Positions 57,079 to 64,000 of a DNA stretch of 64,000 nucleotides are shown piece after piece. The DNA is taken from positions 2,051 through 66,050 of the IMG/VR virus record IMGVR_UViG_3300020236_000037; one strand, written 5' to 3'. Numbering within the stretch: the first letter of the stretch is position 1; each line of letters begins with the position of its first letter. Under the pieces are notes generated by a model, which saw only the letters and a list, made by a program, of their open reading frames with translations, was not told the DNA's origin and did no database searches. Made by a program: the position numbers and the translations under genes. This DNA comes from a virus (taxonomy: Duplodnaviria; Caudoviricetes).

Positions 57079-58008
57079 ATGTCTTACTGTGTACTTGAAT
57101 GCGAGAACCGCGATGTGTGGCTTGAGTCGCGCAGGTTAACCGTTGGTGCTTCTGATGTCCCAACAATACTCGGCGTGAACAGATACAAGTCACCGTACTC
57201 ACTGTGGATGGAGAAGCACGGAGACGTTCTGCCGGAAGACTTGAGTGAAAACGAGGCCGTCAAGTGGGGGGATATTCTTGAGCCTGTCGTAAGGAGCGAA
57301 ACTGAACGACGTCTTGGGATGCAGATTCAGTACGACGGCAAGTACAAGATCCTAGTCTCATCCGATCACCCGTTCCTGTCATGCACCCTTGATGGATATC
57401 TGTCAGAACCATCGATGTATATCAGAGAGATGTTCGAGGGGGGAATTGAAGGACCTGGTGTACTTGAGATAAAGACCGCAGGTAAATACGCGAGAGAAGA
57501 CTTTGATAATGGGTCACTTCCTATTCAGTATGTAGTTCAAGTCATGGCGCAGATGATTGTTACGGGATACCGGTGGGGATTGGTGGCTTATCTCCTGGAA
57601 GGGAGTACATTTGGCATAGCTCCAGTTGAGTGGGGTCCCGGGTTGGCCAGGGACATAACGTCCAGTGCCAAGTCCTTCGTCGATTCACTGAGGCGAGGTG
57701 ATGCACCAGACCCAGACCACAGGGACCTCGGCACAATAGCAAGGATGTTCCCTGACGACCACGGAGGAACCATGGAGCTCGACAGTGAGTTCGACGAGAT
57801 AGATACGAGGCTGCTCGAACTCAAGCTGGCCACAAAGAATGACGCAATTGAGATCAAGTCCCTTGAAGCGAAGATAAAGGATGCAATCGGGGATAATACG
57901 TTCGGAGTTTCACCCGGTGGCATTAGGTATTCATTCAAGAGCCAGACAAGGAAAGGCCATTCGGTGTCACCTTCCACCTATAGGGTCCTACGCAGACTCA
58001 AGGTGTGA
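57079..58008 (+). CDS. YqaJ / lambda-exonuclease-like recombinase
   Basis: WLESRRLTVGASDVPTILGVNRYKSPYSLW...CTLDG...LEIKT...QVMAQM. Confidence 0.9.
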   Translation: MSYCVLECENRDVWLESRRLTVGASDVPTILGVNRYKSPYSLWMEKHGDVLPEDLSENEAVKWGDILEPVVRSETERRLGMQIQYDGKYKILVSSDHPFLSCTLDGYLSEPSMYIREMFEGGIEGPGVLEIKTAGKYAREDFDNGSLPIQYVVQVMAQMIVTGYRWGLVAYLLEGSTFGIAPVEWGPGLARDITSSAKSFVDSLRRGDAPDPDHRDLGTIARMFPDDHGGTMELDSEFDEIDTRLLELKLATKNDAIEIKSLEAKIKDAIGDNTFGVSPGGIRYSFKSQTRKGHSVSPSTYRVLRRLKV

Positions 58009-58484
58009 TCATGGACGAATCACTTAAGGTAAACAAAGAACTGTCCGAGCTACACAGCAAGACAGACAGAGTCGCAGGTCTGCGATCTAAGGTATTTAAC
58101 CTTGAGCACGAGGTTGCGTTTCTAAAGGCCACAGCAGAGTCATCTCGGGTAGTCGTCATTCTCTACCATGACGGGTATGTCGAAGTAAAGTCCCGTCATC
58201 CAGTCAAGGCCATGGTAGTCTGCATCCCTCCTGATATAGAGGATTCAGAGGATATGTATGTACCTATTGCATACGAGGACCACTTGCAGGGCAAGGTGAT
58301 TGCTTCCGGGTTCCCGACGAGCATGAGCAAGGAAGAGAGAGTCGACCGCGCATGTGCCAATTACATACTGGAGTGCGTAGATGATAGACAACAACAACAT
58401 CGAGAGGCAACGCAGGATAATACGCGGCCTGGAGAAGAGGATTGCAATACTCAGGGATGCGCTGTCCAAGTATGCAAACCCTGA
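58005..58484 (+). CDS. hypothetical protein
   Basis: Overlap with the upstream stop. Confidence 0.5.
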   Translation: MIMDESLKVNKELSELHSKTDRVAGLRSKVFNLEHEVAFLKATAESSRVVVILYHDGYVEVKSRHPVKAMVVCIPPDIEDSEDMYVPIAYEDHLQGKVIASGFPTSMSKEERVDRACANYILECVDDRQQQHREATQDNTRPGEEDCNTQGCAVQVCKP

Positions 58485-58602
58485 TGAGTGGGAAGAAGGG
58501 AGCCGTGGGTTTAGTGACCTATTCCTCGGCTGCAATAATGGAGTTGATTTGGCAAACACAGCGCTGGACGATGACCTGGAACTTGAAAGGAGGCTCCTGT
58601 GA
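58381..58602 (+). CDS. small coiled-coil protein
   Basis: RIAILRDALSKYA motif common in phage cassette genes. Confidence 0.45.
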   Translation: MIDNNNIERQRRIIRGLEKRIAILRDALSKYANPDEWEEGSRGFSDLFLGCNNGVDLANTALDDDLELERRLL

Positions 58603-58913
58603 GAGATGATATGATAAGCAAGAACACGAGGTGCGATGTCTGCGGAAAGTCCGGCGCCAAGGACTGCTGTACTTGCTTTGGTTGCGGAAGGGTGTCGTGC
58701 CGATTGTGCTCATCTCCATGGGATAGCAATCCATTCATCATGAATGACTTACCGGCGTCGTATACTCATGTATGTATCCACTGCGATACGCTGTCGAAGG
58801 CATACATCAGCGAAGCACTCGGGGCTTGTGAAGACACGAAGGAGAGAATTGAATCATTGCACATGGACTGGGTTGAGCACTGTGAGAAATCACTGTCTCA
58901 GCGGAAAAGATGA
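58599..58913 (+). CDS. small Cys-rich zinc-finger protein
   Basis: Four CxxC pairs. Confidence 0.55.
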   Translation: MRDDMISKNTRCDVCGKSGAKDCCTCFGCGRVSCRLCSSPWDSNPFIMNDLPASYTHVCIHCDTLSKAYISEALGACEDTKERIESLHMDWVEHCEKSLSQRKR

Positions 58914-58941
58914 AGGCCACGATGTACGATTGGAGGAACGT

Positions 58942-59169
58942 GTGATAGACCAATTAAGACACGCCGCAGACTCAACTGAGATTGAGATAAGCAAGCTTAC
59001 AGACAATGGATGGGATGTTTCCATCGGGAGAAACAATGATGAAAACTGCATATACGTAGTAAGAGCGATCAATGGTAACATGCTTGTTGCATCTGCCAGT
59101 ACGTCAATACCATGGGCGCTCAGGCGGCTCAACAGCGCGATCATCAAGAGGGGAATGAAACGGGAATGA
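58942..59169 (+). CDS. hypothetical protein
   Basis: GGAGG RBS with GTG at 58942. Confidence 0.5.
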   Translation: MIDQLRHAADSTEIEISKLTDNGWDVSIGRNNDENCIYVVRAINGNMLVASASTSIPWALRRLNSAIIKRGMKRE

Positions 59170-59819
59170 ATAGATACCGAGAGGGAGACGACAGGAGTTG
59201 GCATGCGAAGGCAGTGCCTGGTATCTACGTTACGATCAGGAATCACTTCGACTGCGGTGAGATAACTGAGATTGGCACTCCAGGTCCAGACCAGAGGGAC
59301 TTCGACGTCTCCCTTGACGGCTCGACTGTTGTGGCCATCAGAATAAACATGAGGCCGAAGAACTCAGGTGAGCTGAACTTCTTCATCGGAGACGTTGATA
59401 TACCAACAGCCTTTGCCAAGCACGACTATCTATGGATGGGGTGGCCTGGCGTTGACCAGAGGTTCTCACCTAACGTTCACGACTACTTGATAGGAGATAT
59501 GGCACTTCTCCGCATGGCGTCCCGTGAGGCTGGGTTCCATTATGATCGTGACTCAAACTGCATTACAACAATCAAACTAGTCAGCCTGCCAGATGAGTTC
59601 GTTCTCCACAGAGGTGTTGTAACTGCCAGCACTGAACGTTCAGCGAGATGCACGAGGCACCCTGTCGAAAAGATGATTGACGTCCTGCTGCCGAATGGGA
59701 TGATACGTTCGTCATGTGGTGTCTGTTCCGTGTTCCTTGGACTGAGGCCAAAGGACCTTGGAAAGAAGAAGTCCAGAAAGAAGGTTCGCAAATCCACTAG
59801 GCAAAGGAGCTTGAGATGA
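59166..59819 (+). CDS. hypothetical protein with a C-terminal zinc ribbon
   Basis: ATGA overlap; CTRH...CGVC and basic tail. Confidence 0.55.
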   Translation: MNRYREGDDRSWHAKAVPGIYVTIRNHFDCGEITEIGTPGPDQRDFDVSLDGSTVVAIRINMRPKNSGELNFFIGDVDIPTAFAKHDYLWMGWPGVDQRFSPNVHDYLIGDMALLRMASREAGFHYDRDSNCITTIKLVSLPDEFVLHRGVVTASTERSARCTRHPVEKMIDVLLPNGMIRSSCGVCSVFLGLRPKDLGKKKSRKKVRKSTRQRSLR

Positions 59820-60040
59820 GAAGCGCACTACTGTCAGTTATGATACTTGTTGGAATGTACGGGTATTACGCTCCGTACAGGTACAACCGAGGATACTACC
59901 CCTCGATGTCCGATGCGATCCTGATGGACAAGCTTTCTCAGCCGAACAGGATGCTGATGTACAACTACTATCGGCAGTCGCAGCCGCCACTATTCCCTTA
60001 CCGAGTACAGCCGAGAAGCAACTGGCTCTGGGGTTGGTAA
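59816..60040 (+). CDS. small Tyr/Pro-rich membrane or secreted protein
   Basis: Hydrophobic N-terminus; AAGGAG RBS. Confidence 0.5.
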   Translation: MRSALLSVMILVGMYGYYAPYRYNRGYYPSMSDAILMDKLSQPNRMLMYNYYRQSQPPLFPYRVQPRSNWLWGW

Positions 60041-60128
60041 AGACTGGCGTGAATGTCATTGCCGGAGGTCGGCCTGGTGCGTTCTGAAATAGGCCAGGCC
60101 GGCTTTCGGTACATAGCGGAGAGAAGAC

Positions 60129-60326
60129 ATGCAGTATCACAAGCACGCTACAGGCGACAAGATCCAAGGGACCGACCGCTACTTCGCATGCTGTCAGTGG
60201 TGTGGGACTCCGGTCCAGGTCGCTCGGATCGACCGGTTCCAGCCCGCGACGTGCGAGGTTTGCAAGATGCGGAAGGAAGAGCAAGACGCATCGCCTAAGC
60301 AGATGTTCTTTGACGAGTGGAGATAG
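60129..60326 (+). CDS. small zinc-finger protein
   Basis: CQWCG...CEVC. Confidence 0.5.
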   Translation: MQYHKHATGDKIQGTDRYFACCQWCGTPVQVARIDRFQPATCEVCKMRKEEQDASPKQMFFDEWR

Positions 60327-60419
60327 TCATGGATCAAGCAGAGGGCATACCTCGCGACTCGCAAGAGTATTTCGAGGGACATGCTGCATGCCACAATGAC
60401 GGTGAGAAAGGTTGCACGG

Positions 60420-60764
60420 ATGCGCATTGAGTTGCCATGGCCACCGAGTGTAAATAGATATTGGCGTCGACATGGACACACAATCTATTTGTCAAATGAA
60501 GGTCGTGCATATCGCAAGAATGTTGTAGCAATGCTCTACGACCAAGACTATGACATGATGATTGGACCTATCGACATGGTGGTTGAGTTGCATCCACCAA
60601 CTAAGCGGCTTTTCGATGTGGACAATTTTAACAAGGGTCCGCTCGATGCGCTCGCCTATGCCAAGGTGTACAGCGACGACTCGCAGATCGTGCATCTTGA
60701 TATTTGGAAACGCGAGAAGGTCAAAGGTGGTATGGCAGTCGTCACCGTTCAGGAGCTGACATGA
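60420..60764 (+). CDS. rusA: RusA-like Holliday junction resolvase
   Basis: LPWPPSVNRYW...DVDNFNKGPLDAL...DDSQI. Confidence 0.9.
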   Translation: MRIELPWPPSVNRYWRRHGHTIYLSNEGRAYRKNVVAMLYDQDYDMMIGPIDMVVELHPPTKRLFDVDNFNKGPLDALAYAKVYSDDSQIVHLDIWKREKVKGGMAVVTVQELT

Positions 60765-60979
60765 CTATTCCAGACATTAAAGTTCTTGCGCTGTTCAAAG
60801 GCAACGAGCGTTACGTGTTTCTATTCGACGCCAAGCACAAGACCGAAACGCTTCGCACCATGGGGCGTTTCGCCAGTAACGAGTCGCTTAGCTTTACGTG
60901 GTACGATTGTGCCGTGTTGTGCGAGAAGATCAGGAAGGTTACGCGATTAGATGGTCCAATACCCGAACCGGAGGAGTGA
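60761..60979 (+). CDS. small conserved protein of a type recalled from Planctomycetota
   Basis: VLALFKGNERYVFLFD...TLRTMGRFASN.SLSFTWYD.AVL.EKIR. Confidence 0.65.
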   Translation: MTIPDIKVLALFKGNERYVFLFDAKHKTETLRTMGRFASNESLSFTWYDCAVLCEKIRKVTRLDGPIPEPEE

Positions 60980-60987
60980 ATACTAAA

Positions 60988-61248
60988 ATGAAACGAATCA
61001 TTGAAACATTTGGAGATTCAGGATTTGAAGCGATGCTTGGCGAGAAAGTGTGCATCTGTTGTGGAGTTTACATTTACACGGGCGTATTGTCTGGTGCGAA
61101 CGAAGATCACATCGAACTTGCTGAGCCGAAGCTAGTATACGAGACAGGGCCGTGGACAAGCGGCGAGTGGAAAGACGCTCAGGACCTACCGTCGCCATGG
61201 CGAGTAATGATCCATGGAATCGAAAGCTGGGGGCCAGCAAAATGCTAA
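60988..61248 (+). CDS. Sm/LSm-like small beta-barrel protein (tentative)
   Basis: MLGEKVCICCGVYIYTGVLSGANEDHIEL resembles the Sm1 motif; WRVMIHGIESW resembles Sm2. Confidence 0.55.
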   Translation: MKRIIETFGDSGFEAMLGEKVCICCGVYIYTGVLSGANEDHIELAEPKLVYETGPWTSGEWKDAQDLPSPWRVMIHGIESWGPAKC

Positions 61249-61682
61249 TGCCTTTAGGTAAGAGATCGCGTCCGCGTTCGTTGTCGGGACCTCGTTCATG
61301 GTCTGGCTCGATTTCGTGTTTATGTTCGCGTTCATGGTCTGGTTCGGTTTCGGTTTCGTGTTCGAGTTCATGTTCGCGTTCGCGTTCATGGTCGGGTTCG
61401 AGTTCGAGGTAACAAGTGTGCAAAGAAAGAGGAGGGCCAGCAAAATGCTAATGCCATCCAATAAAAGAAAGCGGTTGGGGTTGTGGATGTGGTCGGGATC
61501 GCGCTCGGGGCCGCGGTCATGGTCTCGCTCGTGGTCGCTGTCGTCGTCGGGGTCGGGGTTGTCGTCATGGTCGCTGTCTGGATCGCGGTCATTATCGGGG
61601 TTGGAAATGTGTACGTGGTCGCTGTCGGGATCGCATTCGTGGTCGCGCTCGGGGTAACAAGTGTGCAAAGAAAGAGGAGGGC
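61231..61682 (+). repeat. two framed units of 6-nt-periodic G(T/G)TC-NN repeats
   Basis: Identical 22-bp leaders (61231, 61434) and identical 30-bp trailers (61408, 61653); unit lengths 203 and 245 differ by 7x6; ORFs 61242..61412 and 61445..61657 read MLMP-basic-(Ser-X)n. Confidence 0.9.
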
Positions 61683-61687
61683 GAAGG

Positions 61688-61903
61688 ATGACAGAAACCC
61701 AAGGTTCCCACTGGCATGACTGCTACAAGTCGCACCATGAATGCGCCATTGCGGAAGTCGAGCGGCTGCGGAAGGCACTGGAGCTTATCGCCGCACCGTT
61801 TAACGCCATCTGTGCAACAGAAAATGAGCTATTGATCGTTGCAACAGCCAGGCAAGATATCGCAATGGAGGCTCTCGATGACAAATGCACTAAACGAATT
61901 TGA
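61688..61903 (+). CDS. small cassette protein
   Basis: Shares HDCYKSHHECA.AEVERLRK with 62257..62514. Confidence 0.55.
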   Translation: MTETQGSHWHDCYKSHHECAIAEVERLRKALELIAAPFNAICATENELLIVATARQDIAMEALDDKCTKRI

Positions 61904-61912
61904 AAAACTATT

Positions 61913-62260
61913 ATGACAACACATTGGAGACCAGTCATGAAATGCCGCAGGTGTGGTGTCAGCTCATTCAGCGATACGGCAGAAGTCGAGCCGCACATCA
62001 TTTCCATCGTGCTTTACGGTGATTATTGCACCGTGTTGTGCGACAACTGCCGAAACGAGTGGGCGCGGTACATGATGAACCATGAGCTGTGGGCTCACAT
62101 TCACAAGCTCGATGCAAAATCTACGTGGTATAATTTGCTCGCAAAAGCAGGCATAGAAGTGCAGCTTAGCGACATAAAAGGGCTGGTGAAAAAGTCCGAC
62201 GCTGCAACCATGAAGGCTTACGAACTGGCCATGAGATTTGTAGAGGAGGACGTGGGATGA
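61913..62260 (+). CDS. hypothetical zinc-ribbon protein
   Basis: CRRCG...LCDNC. Confidence 0.5.
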   Translation: MTTHWRPVMKCRRCGVSSFSDTAEVEPHIISIVLYGDYCTVLCDNCRNEWARYMMNHELWAHIHKLDAKSTWYNLLAKAGIEVQLSDIKGLVKKSDAATMKAYELAMRFVEEDVG

Positions 62261-62514
62261 CCTCGAAAAAACCACAATATTCACCGAATGAAAAGCCGAC
62301 CGACGTGCCACCACCGCCACCTCCACGGAAAACCACCCACCATGACTGCTACAAGTCGCACCACGAATGCGCCGTGGCGGAAGTCGAGCGGCTGCGCAAA
62401 CTGCTGGCCGAATGTATTGAGCATTTCCGTGATTACGAAATGGACGTTGACGGCTTTCCGCCAAACGACCACAAGCGATTCATCTGCCGGTTAAAGGAGG
62501 CTCTCGATGAGTAA
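62257..62514 (+). CDS. small cassette protein
   Basis: Shared module with 61688..61903; ends EALDE. Confidence 0.55.
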   Translation: MTSKKPQYSPNEKPTDVPPPPPPRKTTHHDCYKSHHECAVAEVERLRKLLAECIEHFRDYEMDVDGFPPNDHKRFICRLKEALDE

Positions 62515-62854
62515 TAAAGACTTCCAACTCATTCCACCGGATGGGACCAAGCTACCAGAGTCGTTGTATAGCTGCTGCGATGCAAACGGGTGTACTGCCG
62601 AGGTCAGCAATCCGGCCGAAAGAATGTACTGGTGTCGTGATGGCTGGCGGTGCGAAGATTGCATCGAGTACGGCGATGACCTGGTGGTCGGGATCAGACT
62701 GGACAGGTGGCTTGCTTGCGTGATGGGCAAAGAAATTGAGCGGCTAAAGTCGGCGATGCAAGAAATAATCAGGACAGTCGACGGCACGGAACGAACACGA
62801 GGACAAATCGCAAGTACGTGCTGGCGAATTGCAAAGGAGGCTCTTGATGAATGA
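62507..62854 (+). CDS. small Cys-rich cassette protein
   Basis: Overlap junction; ends EALDE. Confidence 0.55.
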   Translation: MSNKDFQLIPPDGTKLPESLYSCCDANGCTAEVSNPAERMYWCRDGWRCEDCIEYGDDLVVGIRLDRWLACVMGKEIERLKSAMQEIIRTVDGTERTRGQIASTCWRIAKEALDE

Positions 62855-63038
62855 CAAATGCCCGTGGTGCAGTGCAAACCTAGAGCCACCGTATGCATGC
62901 AGCTCAGTGGTACGGTGGTTCGAGTGTGGGACGAAGCCTGGCGGACAACGAGCAAACCAGTGCTACGAGCGCCAGATCGCCAACCTTCAGTCTCAACTCA
63001 AAAGTATTGCCGAAGCAACTCAGCATGAGGCCATATAA
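62847..63038 (+). CDS. small zinc-ribbon protein
   Basis: CPWC...FECG...QC. Confidence 0.5.
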   Translation: MNDKCPWCSANLEPPYACSSVVRWFECGTKPGGQRANQCYERQIANLQSQLKSIAEATQHEAI

Positions 63039-63277
63039 TGGGCGCGAGCCAAAATAGCAACAACAGACCACCATTCAATGGCCGGTACGCGAGAAGGCTC
63101 CAAGCAAAGAGAGCTAGACGACAGTCCATGGCCGGCTACACCGACGAGGACATACACCCCGGCCGATACTGTTCTGAATGTGGCGGAGGGCTGGAGCATG
63201 ATAATCCAGCGTGGGCTTCTGCCGCCTGCTCCATATGTGAATTTTTCATGTATGAGAGAGCGGGGTTGATGGATTGA
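63038..63277 (+). CDS. small zinc-ribbon protein
   Basis: CSECG...CSIC. Confidence 0.45.
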   Translation: MGASQNSNNRPPFNGRYARRLQAKRARRQSMAGYTDEDIHPGRYCSECGGGLEHDNPAWASAACSICEFFMYERAGLMD

Positions 63278-63292
63278 CTAGGGGCAAACTTA

Positions 63293-63658
63293 ATGACAAA
63301 ACAGAAAGATAAACCGATCATAAAAGAGCGAGTCGCAACCACGCCGGAGTACGAGCTAGGCGAGCGTGTGCGGATACTCGCTGGTCATCGGGCCTGGGAA
63401 CAATGCCACGCCGCAGTAGACGAGCTGAGATATTGCGAGGATCGACACAGGCTTGCCGAGCTTCCTCTGTCGTGTCTAGACGAGCTGGATCTTGATACGC
63501 TGGCCAAGCTCGACTACGTGGGGATCACGACCATTGGCGCCGTGCTGGCTCGGCAGCAGGCAGACGTTGACTGGTGGAGGCTGGTGCCTGGCATGACGAT
63601 CAGGCACGCACAGACGCTCGGCCGTGCGATTGAGGCGGAGGGTAGCCGCGGTGGTTGA
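63293..63658 (+). CDS. hypothetical protein (possible RpoA-CTD/HhH-like C-terminus)
   Basis: LDTLAKLDYVGITTIGAVL. Confidence 0.45.
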   Translation: MTKQKDKPIIKERVATTPEYELGERVRILAGHRAWEQCHAAVDELRYCEDRHRLAELPLSCLDELDLDTLAKLDYVGITTIGAVLARQQADVDWWRLVPGMTIRHAQTLGRAIEAEGSRGG

Positions 63659-63745
63659 CGCGCAGGAGCGGATGGACATTGGACATCGTAAAAATTGCAC
63701 CCACCCCTGTTGTGCAATCCCGGAATGTACCAATAATGGATAGGC

Positions 63746-64000
63746 ATGGATGCCACACCGACGCCAATCCGCCGATGGATCGTGCTATTTAGTGGGTTTC
63801 TCCAGCACCGGGGGGACCATTCCGGCATCTCCCGCCTCTGGTCTAAACTCCATGCCACAAGCTGCGGACACGATTCTGTGGTCCTGTTTTTCCCCTGGTC
63901 TGCGGACACAGATGGCATCGCTGAGTGGATGTTTCGCTGCTCACCCACGGCACCGCGGATAATCCTGGCAGGTTACAGTTTCGGCGCTCAAACCGCCTGC
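63746..64000 (+). CDS. alpha/beta-hydrolase-like protein, truncated by the window edge
   Basis: Open from ATG 63746 to the window end; IILAGYSFGA nucleophile elbow (GxSxG). Confidence 0.7.
   Translation, partial: MDATPTPIRRWIVLFSGFLQHRGDHSGISRLWSKLHATSCGHDSVVLFFPWSADTDGIAEWMFRCSPTAPRIILAGYSFGAQTAC

Noticed and set aside
61298-61719. Hydrophobic alternative-frame peptides (FVFMFAF..., VVVGVGV...) as membrane proteins
   Set aside because: By-products of the hexamer repeat, with no good start context
1-64000. CRISPR array, cas operon or DGR
   Set aside because: No identical 25-45-bp repeats with several unique spacers, no cas1/2/3, no reverse transcriptase and no TR/VR pair with A-specific mismatches were seen
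1-64000. Integrase and att sites (prophage)
   Set aside because: No tyrosine or serine recombinase motifs and no host genes recognised; lifestyle cannot be determined from this window
1-64000. Apparent compositional mosaic (ends versus central 14-60 kb)
   Set aside because: An impression only; it needs k-mer or codon-usage computation that I could not run

Overview
The window is most of the genome of an uncultured tailed dsDNA phage with a podovirus-like gene set. Nearly all genes are on the + strand. No integrase, DNA polymerase or primase is visible, and genes are cut at both window edges. A Planctomycetota-like host is inferred from a small conserved protein at 60761 and a csrA homologue; this comes from memory and is not verified. 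Layout: 1-14.2 kb, small membrane/nuclease genes and about 12 kb of modular surface or fibre genes with a head-spike base homologue. 14.3-38.3 kb, scaffold, major capsid, three tandem decoration paralogues, terminases, portal, adaptor, nozzle and ejection proteins. 38.3-41.9 kb, regulators and a non-coding repeat region. 41.9-52 kb, an early region rich in structured RNA. 52-64 kb, recombination/replication genes and small cassette genes. Main observations: (1) a Cas7/RAMP-like gene plus partner gene followed by a 5-nt-periodic GGCAG-led repeat array (VIPR-like). (2) An Sm-like gene followed by two framed units of 6-nt-periodic GKTC-NN repeats, possibly an undescribed analogous system. (3) A terminase intein that carries its HNH endonuclease on the opposite strand with its own promoter and RBS, while the intein frame stays open. 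(4) A complete phage-encoded Ubl-E2-JAB-E1 ubiquitin-like operon. (5) A type II hammerhead ribozyme, an aberrant tRNA-like element and about 1.1 kb of candidate structured ncRNA. All family assignments come from visual motif recognition; no searches were run.
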